Shown: positions 18,046 through 27,146, numbered from the stretch's first letter. The stretch: DNA of 44,885 nt from Limisphaerales bacterium (GCA_025360325.1 JANYCI010000340.1:1-44885); one strand, 5' to 3'. Translations and numbers: made by a program. The notes: generated by a model not told the origin, from the letters alone.

Positions 18046-18550
18046 AGGTTTGTTGGTTAGTTTCATCACCAACATCCTAGAGACATTTGCTCACTTAAAC
18101 TTTCAGCTTGCGGCCAGCGAGGTTCACAATTACGCCAACCGTCCGCGCTAGATTTGCCCGGTGAAACAATGCGGAATTACTCATTAGCTCGGGCGCGCGA
18201 ATAATAAAACGGCTCGCGTTGCTTGATTGTAACTTATCTGAAGCCTGCATCCGCCGCGCATTTTCCGAAAAATCAATTTACCATTGCGAGCACAACCAAA
18301 ACTTTTTCAATGGTGCGCGCCAGTAGTGAGGTTAAGTCGAAAGGAATTTTTTTCGGAAAATTCGCGAATCCACCGCCGCCAGCACGAGGAACGGCAGTAA
18401 CAAAATCACCATCCGAAACAGCCATTTGCGCCGTGGCGTCAGCGGAGGCGCGCAGCGGGTGGGCGACGAATCGGGTTTGACTGGTAAGATTCTGACTTCA
18501 AAAACCCTCCCGAGCTCGTTTTTTTGAACTACGATTTCAGATGCCGCTTT

Positions 18551-18952
18551 CTAAAAAAGTTGATCCAACGGATTACATTCTTTAGATGGCTGCCAATAAG
18601 TCGTCGCTCCTTTTTTTTGTTTGAGCTGCAACGGGTCTTTACCCAGCAACCGCAAAACCCAGCCCACCGGCGTGATGACGAAAATAAAAAATACCAGCAG
18701 CACGCAGCGGCCGATGAACTGGCTGGAATAAAATCCTAGCCACAACGAAACCCGATACCATCCGCGAAACCAGCGCGGTTGCAGCATGGCGCAGAGTGCC
18801 ACTACCGCGAGAACCGCGAGGATCACACACCAGACATTTTGCGGCAGATGCTTCCGCCAGCGCAGGAGCGAACTGATGAGCGCCAATCCCAACGCGGTTA
18901 GCAGCGTGGACTTGCGCCACTCCTTCGGCTCTTCTTGGTAAATCAGTTTCAT
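18551..18952 (-). CDS. SxtJ-family membrane protein
   Basis: Hydrophobic helices, FFIFVITPVGWVLRLLGKDPL and TYW...LDQLF C-terminus; immediately downstream of the carbamoyltransferase. Confidence 0.75.
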   Translation of the reverse strand: MKLIYQEEPKEWRKSTLLTALGLALISSLLRWRKHLPQNVWCVILAVLAVVALCAMLQPRWFRGWYRVSLWLGFYSSQFIGRCVLLVFFIFVITPVGWVLRLLGKDPLQLKQKKGATTYWQPSKECNPLDQLF

Positions 18953-18953
18953 C

Positions 18954-20774
18954 TCAATCAGCTTGCGGTAGTATGCGGCGGGAAATTTTCTGCTGCGGTT
19001 GCGCGGTGCGTTCGATCACAAAATTTCCCAAAATGAGATAGTCCATCTCCGTGTTCATGAAGCAACGATACGCATCGTCCGGCGTGCAGACAATCGGTTC
19101 GCCGCGCACGTTGAACGATGTGTTCACCAGCACGCCGCAACCCGTCTTCTGCTCGAAGCGTTGGAGTAAATCATATAGGAGCGGATTTCCTTCTGCGTCC
19201 ACGGTTTGAATGCGCGCGGAATAATCCACATGAGTGATGGCCGGCAGCGTGGAGCGAATTTCCTTCAGCCGGTTGAGTCCCGTCGTGTCCGGCGCAACGG
19301 CGCGGCACAATTCTTTTTTCACCGGCGCGACCAGCAGCATATACGGCGACTCGACATCGAGATCAAAATAATCCGCCACGCGTTCGCGGCGGACGATCGG
19401 CGCAAACGGTCGGAATGATTCCCGGAACTTCACCTTCAAATTCATCACCGACTGCATCTTCGTCGAACGCGCGTCGCCGATGATTGAACGGTTGCCGAGC
19501 GCGCGCGGGCCGAATTCCATGCGCCCTTGGAACCAACCGATGACCTTTTCGGCTTTCAAAATTTCCACTGTGAAATCGAGCAATGCGTCTGGTTCCAGCT
19601 TTTGGAAAACGGCGTTGTGCGAGCGCAACACAGTTTCAATTTCGTCATCCGAAAATTCCGGCCCCAACAGCGAGGCTTGCATCGAATCCAAAGGCGCGGC
19701 CACGCGTTTGTTTTCTTTCTGCGCATGCCACGCGACGAGCGCGGCGACGAGCGCACCGCCGGCATCACCCGCCGCCGGCTGAATCCAAATCCGCTCAAAA
19801 ATTTTCGCGCGCAGAATGATTCCATTCGCCACGCAGTTGAGCGCCACGCCGCCGGCCATGCACAAATTTTTCTGGCCGGTCACTTCGCGCGCGTGCCTGA
19901 CGAGCAGCACCATGATTTCTTCCGTGACCAGTTGGATGGAGCGAGCGACATCCATGTGCCGCTGCTCGATTTTCTCCTCCGCCCCGCGCGGCGGCCCGCC
20001 GAAAAGCCGGTAAAATTTTTCATTGGTCATCGTCGTGCCGCGCAGAAAATTGAAATACTCCAAGTTCAGCCAGAACGAGCCGTCGGGCTTGAGGTCGAGC
20101 AATTCGCGACGGATAGCGTCGGCGTATTTCGGTTCGCCATACGGCGCGAGGCCCATGAGTTTGTATTCGCCGGAGTTGATGCGGAAACCGCAGTAGTCAG
20201 TGAACGCGGAATAAACCAAGCCGAGCGAATGTGGAAAGCGGAGTTCCTTCAGCATCTTGATTTCACGGCCGCGCCCGTGGCTGATGGTCGTGGTCGCCCA
20301 TTCGCCCACGCCGTCAATCGTGAGAATCGCCGCCTCGTCAAACGGCGACGGATAAAATGCGCTGGCCGCGTGCGATTGATGATGCTCGGTGAAAAGAATT
20401 TTGCAATCCGGCCGCAGTCCCGGCAGTGCCGCGCGGATGGCTTTGCGTAAATCCAGTTTCTCACCGAGCCAGTTCGACACCACCGTGGGAAACGTCCGCC
20501 AGCCGCCGGGCGCGACGGCCAGATACGTTTCGAGCAGCCGTGTAAATTTCAAGACCGGCTTGTCGTAAAAAACGACGGCATCGAGTTGTGCCGTCGTCAG
20601 GTGCGCGTGACGCAGGCAAAATTGCGCGGCGTGATGTGGAAAATCGGCATCGTTTTTCTTGCGGGTAAAACGTTCCTCCTGCGCGGCAGAAATAATTTTT
20701 CCATCCACGACCAGCGCGGCGGCCGAGTCGTGATAATACGCCGAGACGCCCAAGATGTTGCGTGGCGCGGGCAC
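18954..20774 (-). CDS. O-carbamoyltransferase (NodU/CmcH/TobZ family)
   Basis: SAYYHDSAAAL, QEERFTRKK, HHQSHAASAF, DGVGE, GEYKLMGLAPYG, EFGPRALGNRS, KFRESFRPFAP, NTSFNVRGEPIV. Confidence 0.95.
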   Translation of the reverse strand: MPAPRNILGVSAYYHDSAAALVVDGKIISAAQEERFTRKKNDADFPHHAAQFCLRHAHLTTAQLDAVVFYDKPVLKFTRLLETYLAVAPGGWRTFPTVVSNWLGEKLDLRKAIRAALPGLRPDCKILFTEHHQSHAASAFYPSPFDEAAILTIDGVGEWATTTISHGRGREIKMLKELRFPHSLGLVYSAFTDYCGFRINSGEYKLMGLAPYGEPKYADAIRRELLDLKPDGSFWLNLEYFNFLRGTTMTNEKFYRLFGGPPRGAEEKIEQRHMDVARSIQLVTEEIMVLLVRHAREVTGQKNLCMAGGVALNCVANGIILRAKIFERIWIQPAAGDAGGALVAALVAWHAQKENKRVAAPLDSMQASLLGPEFSDDEIETVLRSHNAVFQKLEPDALLDFTVEILKAEKVIGWFQGRMEFGPRALGNRSIIGDARSTKMQSVMNLKVKFRESFRPFAPIVRRERVADYFDLDVESPYMLLVAPVKKELCRAVAPDTTGLNRLKEIRSTLPAITHVDYSARIQTVDAEGNPLLYDLLQRFEQKTGCGVLVNTSFNVRGEPIVCTPDDAYRCFMNTEMDYLILGNFVIERTAQPQQKISRRILPQAD

Positions 20775-20777
20775 AGT

Positions 20778-20929
20778 TCAAAGAAACGGATACAGCGCCC
20801 AGGAAATGCCGGAAGTGGCGGTGAAAACCAAAATGACGCCCAGCAGCAGCAGAATGACAATCAGCGGGATCAGCCACAGTTTTTTTCCTGCTTTGAGAAC
20901 CGGTAAAAATCTTTTAGGAGCGACCACAT
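20778..20929 (-). CDS. DUF5989/SxtK-like small membrane protein, apparently frameshifted at an A7 tract
   Basis: ATG 20929 reads MWSLLKDFYRFSKQEK; KKLWLIPLIVILLLLGVILVFTATSGISWALYPFL* follows in another frame (span 152 nt). An unbroken 49-aa alternative starts at GTG 20927. Too short for the ORF track. Confidence 0.7.
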
Positions 20930-21175
20930 GGAATGATTTTTAATTTAGGGCATGACCGGGTGCTTGCAAGGGAATTATGAGCGCCATTTTTTAATTGTTC
21001 CCGGCTGGTTCAGAACGCTTCCTGACTTTCTACAACCACTACCGCCGACTAAATTATCAGCGCTCCAAACGCCTATGAAACCTTCAAGTGGCCTGGCCGC
21101 CGGACATCGCGATCCGGCGACTAGGTGGCTGGCCACACTCATCCCGCTAGAAAAATTCGCGTGCCAAGAATTGTT

Positions 21176-21184
21176 TGTTATATT
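21176..21184 (+). promoter_or_regulatory. Possible extended -10 promoter element
   Basis: TG-t-TATATT about 27 nt upstream of ATG 21212, which is preceded by GGAG. Confidence 0.3.
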
Positions 21185-21211
21185 GCTGCCGTCCCCAGCG
21201 CCGGACGGAGC

Positions 21212-23083
21212 ATGAAAATCATTTTACATCAGTTCAGAAGTTGTGGTCTGTGGTTCGCCGTTTTTTTTGGTTTGACCATTTTTCAACTTTCCGCCGCGAT
21301 TTACACCGTGACGGATCTGGGAGCGTTGACGAATTTGACCGGACAGTCGCAGGCGACCATCAGCGCCGTGAATCTCGCGGGCAAGGCGGTGGGCATCACG
21401 GCCAGCAACACGGCTTACAATTCCTTTATCTACGGCGGCACCCGCACGAACCTCGACACACTCGGCGGGCCGAACTGTTACGCGCAGGGCATCAATACCT
21501 CCAACGTCATCTGCGGTAGTTCGACAACTGTTGGAGGCGTCGTGGATCATGCGTTTCGCTGGACGCTTGGCGCGACCACTGGCGTGGCTGGTAATGTGCA
21601 GATGCGCGATCTCGGCACACTCGGCAATGGCAACATCAGTGATGCGCTGGACATCAATCCATCCGGGCAGATTGCGGGGACCTCGACGACGGATAACAGT
21701 GACAACACTTTTCACGCGTGCCGCTTTAATACGAACGGCGCGATCACTGACGTCGGGGCACTCTTGCCGGGCGGACTCGTGCAAAGTTTTGGCTACGGCA
21801 TAAACCAGTCGGGGCAAGTTGTGGGTTCGGCATACGACCAATTTTTTTCCACGCCGGAAGGTTATTTCTACAACGGTAACAACGTCATCATGCTCGGCGA
21901 CCTCAACGCCAGTCCAGGCGCAAAAAATTCCGAGGCCTTTGCCATCAACGGTAACGGGCAGATTGTCGGCTATGCCTTATTCGGTGGCACCCTCGGAACT
22001 GATGCCCACGCGTTCCGCTGGTCAGCCAGTGGCACGAACGGCGTGTCTAGCAACATCCGCATGATTGATCTCGGCACGCTCGGCGGCACGCAAAGTTCTG
22101 CGTGGAGCATCAATAACAGCAACGTCATCGTCGGTCGTTCCAACCTCGCCGGTGATCTGGAGGAACGCGCTTTTATCGCCGTGAGCAACACGATGGTGAA
22201 TTTGAACACGCAGCTAGATGCGAGCAGCAATAGTTGGCTTTTGATCAAAGCGGAATATATCAACGACGCCGGACAAATTGTTGGCTACGGCACGAACAAT
22301 GGCACGCTCCACGGATTTCTGCTTACCGTGCCCGCGCCAGGCGTTGCGCCCGTCATCACCAACCAACCGTCCCCGCTCGCCATAATCGTGAGCAACAACG
22401 CGACGTTCACCGTGGGCGCCAGCGGCACTGCGCCGCTCGCGTATCAATGGCGCTTGAACACCACGACCAATATTTTTGGCGCGCCGAATTTCTCATTCAC
22501 CATCACCAACGCGCAGGCAACCAACGTGGGAAATTACACCGTCGTCATCACGAATAATTTCGGCAGCATCACGAGTTCGCCTGCCGCGCTCACGGTGAAT
22601 TTTCCGCCCAGCATCGGCACGCCGCCCGCGTCGCAAACCGTTTTGGTCGGCAGCAACGCCGCGTTCACCGTCGCGGCGGGTGGCACGGCACCGCTGGTGT
22701 ATCAATGGAAATTCACTGCGAATCTGGCGGGCGCGACGAATGTTTCGCTCACCATCACCAACGCGCAGACGGCGAACGCGGGAAATTATTCCGTCAGCGT
22801 CACAAATAATTTTGGCAGTGTCACGAGTTCACCGGCCGTTTTGAACGTCGTGACCGCGCCGCAAATCACCACCATCAGCGTGGTGAATTCGAACGTGTTG
22901 CTCGGCTTCACCACCAGCGCGGGCGCGACGTATTTTGTGGAAGGCCGGACGAATCTCGCGGCGGGAAGCTGGCTCAATGCCGTGACGAACATCGCGGGCA
23001 GCGGCGGAACAAAAAATGTGATCCACACGAACGGCGCGCTGCCAGCGGCGCAGCTTTACCGCGTGCGCGTCACGGTGCCGTAG
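21212..23083 (+). CDS. Secreted HAF-repeat beta-propeller protein with two Ig-like domains and a verrucomicrobial C-terminal domain
   Basis: Repeats HAFRW...MRDLGTLG..S.A..IN..GQIVG; two P.I...P...FTV.A.GTAPL.YQW...GNY.V..TNNFGS.TSSPA.L.V Ig domains; GGAG RBS before ATG 21212. Confidence 0.9.
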   Translation: MKIILHQFRSCGLWFAVFFGLTIFQLSAAIYTVTDLGALTNLTGQSQATISAVNLAGKAVGITASNTAYNSFIYGGTRTNLDTLGGPNCYAQGINTSNVICGSSTTVGGVVDHAFRWTLGATTGVAGNVQMRDLGTLGNGNISDALDINPSGQIAGTSTTDNSDNTFHACRFNTNGAITDVGALLPGGLVQSFGYGINQSGQVVGSAYDQFFSTPEGYFYNGNNVIMLGDLNASPGAKNSEAFAINGNGQIVGYALFGGTLGTDAHAFRWSASGTNGVSSNIRMIDLGTLGGTQSSAWSINNSNVIVGRSNLAGDLEERAFIAVSNTMVNLNTQLDASSNSWLLIKAEYINDAGQIVGYGTNNGTLHGFLLTVPAPGVAPVITNQPSPLAIIVSNNATFTVGASGTAPLAYQWRLNTTTNIFGAPNFSFTITNAQATNVGNYTVVITNNFGSITSSPAALTVNFPPSIGTPPASQTVLVGSNAAFTVAAGGTAPLVYQWKFTANLAGATNVSLTITNAQTANAGNYSVSVTNNFGSVTSSPAVLNVVTAPQITTISVVNSNVLLGFTTSAGATYFVEGRTNLAAGSWLNAVTNIAGSGGTKNVIHTNGALPAAQLYRVRVTVP

Positions 23084-23771
23084 CGAACGAGCACAGCTCA
23101 ATCCGTTCGGTGGCAACAGTCGCCTTCACGTTTTCATCGCCCAACGCGGCACACTCCATTTCCCGTTCGAGGCGATAGACGGAATCCAAATTTTCATCCA
23201 GCCCCGGATGGCAGCAGAGTTCGCTCACGCCCGGCGGCAGTTCGCGTAAAATTTTTATCAGCGCGTCGGCTGAAATTCCTTCGTGATACGCGTAGCCTTT
23301 GTCCGACTGACCGTAAAACGCGCCGCAATAATTCACGCGCGCATCCGCGTGCCGCAGCACCACGCCAAGCTTTTTTGCGTGCGCCAGCAAAATAGATTTC
23401 AGCGGCTCGTCGTGGTGAACGTGCTGATGCGAATCGAAATGATCGGGATCGCACCCCATCCATTTACGGAACGTCACAATTTGCTTTTCCACCTCGGCCA
23501 TGACCGCGCGCTCATCCGCGAGCGGCACGACTTCGTAAGCCAGTTGCCACTCGTCATTCACGCAACGCCACTCACACAAATCAAGGTGCAAGCCCATGCC
23601 CAGTTGTGGCCGCGACTTCGCGTAAGCCGCCGCCGCCGCCACCGCCGCGCCGCGCACCATCAGACTCGCGCTGGTCACGATGCCGTGTTCGTGCGCGCGG
23701 ATGATGCCCGCGTTCACGCCCGCTGTGAGACCAAAATCATCTGCGTTCACGATGAGAAATTTATTTTTCAT
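23070..23771 (-). CDS. ChbG/HpnK/YdjC-family carbohydrate deacetylase
   Basis: LIVNADDFG, GIVTSASLMV, GLHLDL, HFDSHQHVH, SELCCHPG. Confidence 0.9.
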   Translation of the reverse strand: MKNKFLIVNADDFGLTAGVNAGIIRAHEHGIVTSASLMVRGAAVAAAAAYAKSRPQLGMGLHLDLCEWRCVNDEWQLAYEVVPLADERAVMAEVEKQIVTFRKWMGCDPDHFDSHQHVHHDEPLKSILLAHAKKLGVVLRHADARVNYCGAFYGQSDKGYAYHEGISADALIKILRELPPGVSELCCHPGLDENLDSVYRLEREMECAALGDENVKATVATERIELCSFATAP

Positions 23772-23772
23772 T

Positions 23773-24768
23773 TCAAATAAACCCATACTTCGCGCCCAGC
23801 CGCAACGCCGTTCGCAGCCAATTCTGCGCGTGCTTTTCTGGCGGAGCCCAATCCTCCGCCCAGCCGAGCATCTGCACGCTCAAGTGCAATTGGCACAGTT
23901 CCATTGACTCCAGCAATTCGTCCACAGACGGCGCGCGGAGCGAACTCAATCCTTCGTGATAGGCCGTGACGAAGCGCAGTTTTTCTACGTCACTCCACTC
24001 CCCCGCCGTCAGCGCGGCCAAGTCTAACGCGCCCGATCCGATACCAGCCAACTCCCAATCAATCACGCAAATCGCGTGCGCCGGCGCGCCCGCGCGCATG
24101 ATGACGTTGCTCGCGTAACATTCGCCGTGGATGAAACTTTGCGGCAAGGCCACGAGTTTTTTTACGACGCGATGATAATTTTTTGCCAGCCGCGCGAACT
24201 GCCGCAACTCCGCCACGCGGCGTTTCTTCAAAAACTTTTCCGCGCGCCCGATCCATACCGCAAAAAATTTCTCATCGTAACGCAACAGCGTTTTCGCGGT
24301 GGAGAATTTTTTTCCGGCCAACCGGCTGTGGAGCTCTCCCAACCAGCGCGCCGTTGCGTCCCATTGCGCGAGATCGCCCACTTGCCAGAGCAGTCGGCCC
24401 TCCACGCGTTCCAAGAAAAGCCAGTGGCGTTCCAGTTCCGCCGAGTTCACCGCGCCAACGCACTGCGCCGTGCCGACGCGCGCGGGGTTCAAAATTTTTT
24501 GATAGACCTCAATCTCGCGCGCCGGATGATAGAGAAAATGCGGACGCACCTGCTGCGCCGTGGCCAGCACGGACGACGGGCTAACGTCTTTTAGCACGAG
24601 CCGCAATTTTTTACCGCGCGCCAAAGTCACGTCCAAATTTTCCACCGTGTAGGACGACGAATATGCCGAGAGCCGACGGCGCAAGATTTTCACGCGCTGC
24701 TTCAGCACGCGCTCCAGTTCCGCGCGCAGCTCGTCGCCGTGAATCCGATGTCTCGCTTCCTTACTCAT
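23773..24768 (-). CDS. Aminoglycoside-phosphotransferase/choline-kinase-like protein
   Basis: LVLK, REIEVY, WLFLERVEG, WLGELH, SFIHGECYASNV, VIDWELAG...DLA. Confidence 0.8.
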   Translation of the reverse strand: MSKEARHRIHGDELRAELERVLKQRVKILRRRLSAYSSSYTVENLDVTLARGKKLRLVLKDVSPSSVLATAQQVRPHFLYHPAREIEVYQKILNPARVGTAQCVGAVNSAELERHWLFLERVEGRLLWQVGDLAQWDATARWLGELHSRLAGKKFSTAKTLLRYDEKFFAVWIGRAEKFLKKRRVAELRQFARLAKNYHRVVKKLVALPQSFIHGECYASNVIMRAGAPAHAICVIDWELAGIGSGALDLAALTAGEWSDVEKLRFVTAYHEGLSSLRAPSVDELLESMELCQLHLSVQMLGWAEDWAPPEKHAQNWLRTALRLGAKYGFI

Positions 24769-25952
24769 AGTCCGACCAGTTCCAGCAGCCGTTTCAAAAC
24801 TATATCCGAGTCGAAAAATTCTTCCGCGATTGCCCGCGCACGTTTGGCGTGGTGCGCGTAGTCTGAATTCATCGCATCAATTGCGGCCAGCACGCTGTCA
24901 CTCGTGTCGAACGCAAACAGACCTTCGCCCGTCGGCAGTAAATTTTTGATGCCGCAGTCTTGGGCAATGACGGGGCGGCCGCTGGCAAGATAACAAACGC
25001 TGCGGTCGCTGAACCAGCCGCAACGCGACTGAACATAGCCGCTCTTGGCGAGGCCAAATTCCGCTTTCGACGTTTGGATGAATTCGCGATAGCTCGCGGG
25101 CGTGCTCGCTACGAGCATGGGGTCAAACAATTGCCAGCGGTTCGCTTGCAGCGCTGCCAAATCTTTCGTCTCGTCAGGATGAATCGCCAGTGCAAGCGTA
25201 AATTTTTCCGCCGTGCGCGTGGGCAAAGAAATAAATTGCCTCAGCGAATGAACTTTTTGGCCGTAGTTCACGCCATTGAAATCAATCGAGCCGTAGCCGC
25301 GCCAGTTGGCGATGGTCGTGAGCGCATCGTGTTTGATTTCGCGCGCGACTGGCCAGTGTTCCAGCACGACGGGTTGAAAAGTTTTCAGCCAGTTCAAACC
25401 GCACGTCGGCACAGGACATTCAATTTTAGATTTTGGATTTTGGATTTTGGATTTTTCGCCGCCGATGTTCTGCCCGATGGTGACGTGGTGCGTGTGCCCG
25501 GCGAAGCGCATATCAATCTGCTGCACCGCCTGCCAGAGCTGGTTGAACGCCGGATCGAGATCGAGATAAACGCGCACTGGAATTTTGGAAAATAAATTTT
25601 CGTCCGTGAGCAGCCCGGATATGTTCAGCAGCAAATCCGTGCGCGCAGCGATGCGTTTCAGCTCGTCATAGCTCAAGCCAAACGTGTCACGCGAACCGGC
25701 GAGCAGCAACGCGGCGTGGTCGCGCAAACCAAATTCGTCGCCGACAGATTGGAAGTAACGCGCGCTGTCCGGTTCAGCCAGTGCAGCGGACGCCGGACCC
25801 AAGGCTTGGGCTTGAATCGGCTCGATAAAAAAAACTTCGTGGCCGAGCCGACGCAGGCCGAGGACGTATTGCAGCACCGCCCACGTCGCGCCGCCTTGCC
25901 ACGGATCGGCGGCGATCATGCCGCTTACGATGATGGTGCGTTTAATTTTCAC
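24765..25952 (-). CDS. Uncharacterised GT-B-fold glycosyltransferase (paralog A)
   Basis: GGATWAVLQYVLGLRRLGHEVFFIE; SKAEFGLAK..Y....GWFSDRSVCYLASGRPV; ARAIAEEFFDS. Aligns with the two other paralogs. Confidence 0.75.
   Translation of the reverse strand: MKIKRTIIVSGMIAADPWQGGATWAVLQYVLGLRRLGHEVFFIEPIQAQALGPASAALAEPDSARYFQSVGDEFGLRDHAALLLAGSRDTFGLSYDELKRIAARTDLLLNISGLLTDENLFSKIPVRVYLDLDPAFNQLWQAVQQIDMRFAGHTHHVTIGQNIGGEKSKIQNPKSKIECPVPTCGLNWLKTFQPVVLEHWPVAREIKHDALTTIANWRGYGSIDFNGVNYGQKVHSLRQFISLPTRTAEKFTLALAIHPDETKDLAALQANRWQLFDPMLVASTPASYREFIQTSKAEFGLAKSGYVQSRCGWFSDRSVCYLASGRPVIAQDCGIKNLLPTGEGLFAFDTSDSVLAAIDAMNSDYAHHAKRARAIAEEFFDSDIVLKRLLELVGL
25423..25457. repeat. Heptamer tandem repeat (ATTTTGG x5, degenerate) inside a CDS
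   Basis: attttag attttgg attttgg attttgg atttttc; encodes KSKIQNPKSKI. Confidence 0.85.
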
Positions 25953-27145
25953 GGCAGCCCGAAACCGATTTCATCTGCCAGTTTGCGGATGATTTTATCG
26001 GCGTCAAAAAATTCTTCGGCGATCTCACGCGCGGCGCGGCAATGAAATTCGTAGTCGCGTGAAATTTTTTCCGCGCCTTCAACCGCTTCCTCCAAATTGC
26101 GAAACGCGAGCAAGCCTGCGCCCGTTTTGAGGTGCCGACTAAAACCAGTTTCTTGCACGAGCGCCGGACGGCCACTCGCGAGGTAACGCACCGTGCGGTC
26201 ACTGAACCAGCCGCTGTTGGTGTCCACATAAATGCCCTGCGCGGGCGAAAATTCGGCGGCGGAATTCTGGATGTAACTGCGAAATGAATTACAATCATGC
26301 GCCACTGATTGCGGTTCGATGACGCGCCAGCCGTATGCGAGGAGCGCGATCAAATCTTTTTTGTCCGCCGGATAGATTTGCAAGGCGATTTCAAATAAGG
26401 AATCGAGGAAACCAAGAACGTTCCCGCCTTCCTGCCTTCCTAATTCAAATCGGGTTTTTACGAGCCGGGGCAGTTCCAAAAGTTTCCGGAACTCGTGGCA
26501 CTTGAGGCCGTAGGTTTTTCCCGCGTGCGTGACCCGGCCGAACGCGCCGCGCCAACTGGCGATGGTGGTGAAGCGGTCGAACTCTTTTGGCGCGCAAACC
26601 GGCCAGTCGGTGAGCACGACGGGCGCGCGCGTGTGCCGCCAGTGGATGTTGCTCGTCGGAATCGGACAAGCGGGTGAGCCAATGTTTTCGCCGATGGTGA
26701 AATGAAAATCGTGACTTGTGAGCCGTAGGTCAGCGCCCTGCGCGTGCCAGAACTGCGTGAAACCGGGGTCGTCGTCGTAGTAAAGTTTGCAGCGGCACGC
26801 GGAGAAAATTTCCGGCTGCGTGATGTGGCCGCTCACGTTGAAGAGCAATGCGGATTCCTTGGCGCGCTTCACGAGTTCGGTGAGCGGCGGGCCGACGAGA
26901 ACTTCGTTGCCAGCAAGCAGCGCGGCGTTTTGCGAGAGACCAAATTGCACGGTGACGGCTTGGAAAAAATTTATTGAAGCGGCGTAAACGCCGCGCTCCG
27001 TCGCTGCCGGGAGTTGCTCGATGAAAAAAACCTCGCAGCCGAGCCTTTGAAATCCGCGCGCCCAACTCATGCGCGTCCACGCATTACCGCCGTTGCCGGG
27101 CTTGGTGGCCAGCGCGCCGCTGACGATGACGAGCGGTTTCTTCAC
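25949..27145 (-). CDS. Uncharacterised GT-B-fold glycosyltransferase (paralog B)
   Basis: GGNAW...GFQRLGCEVFFIE; SGWFSDRTVRYLASGRPA; AAREIAEEFFDA. Confidence 0.75.
   Translation of the reverse strand: MKKPLVIVSGALATKPGNGGNAWTRMSWARGFQRLGCEVFFIEQLPAATERGVYAASINFFQAVTVQFGLSQNAALLAGNEVLVGPPLTELVKRAKESALLFNVSGHITQPEIFSACRCKLYYDDDPGFTQFWHAQGADLRLTSHDFHFTIGENIGSPACPIPTSNIHWRHTRAPVVLTDWPVCAPKEFDRFTTIASWRGAFGRVTHAGKTYGLKCHEFRKLLELPRLVKTRFELGRQEGGNVLGFLDSLFEIALQIYPADKKDLIALLAYGWRVIEPQSVAHDCNSFRSYIQNSAAEFSPAQGIYVDTNSGWFSDRTVRYLASGRPALVQETGFSRHLKTGAGLLAFRNLEEAVEGAEKISRDYEFHCRAAREIAEEFFDADKIIRKLADEIGFGLP
26390..26450. repeat. 54-bp imperfect palindrome flanked by a 7-bp direct repeat, in-frame in a CDS
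   Basis: ttcaaat at 26390-26396 and 26444-26450, around taaggaatcgaggaaaccaagaa-cg-ttcccgccttcctgccttcctaa. Confidence 0.7.
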
Positions 27146-27146
27146 G

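Noticed and set aside
18076-18550. Pho box, AraC operator or ncRNA upstream of the TPS locus
   Set aside because: Only partial matches (e.g. cagtaacaaaa) with no clear 11-bp tandem repeat or recognisable RNA structure; needs comparative motif analysis.
18551-20929. Saxitoxin biosynthesis cluster
   Set aside because: Only the widespread sxtI/J/K-like carbamoyltransferase trio is present; no sxtA, sxtG or other core genes.
23070-23771. Hopanoid (hpn) cluster suggested by the HpnK-like deacetylase
   Set aside because: No shc, hpnH/J radical SAM or hpnN genes in the window; the family is generic.
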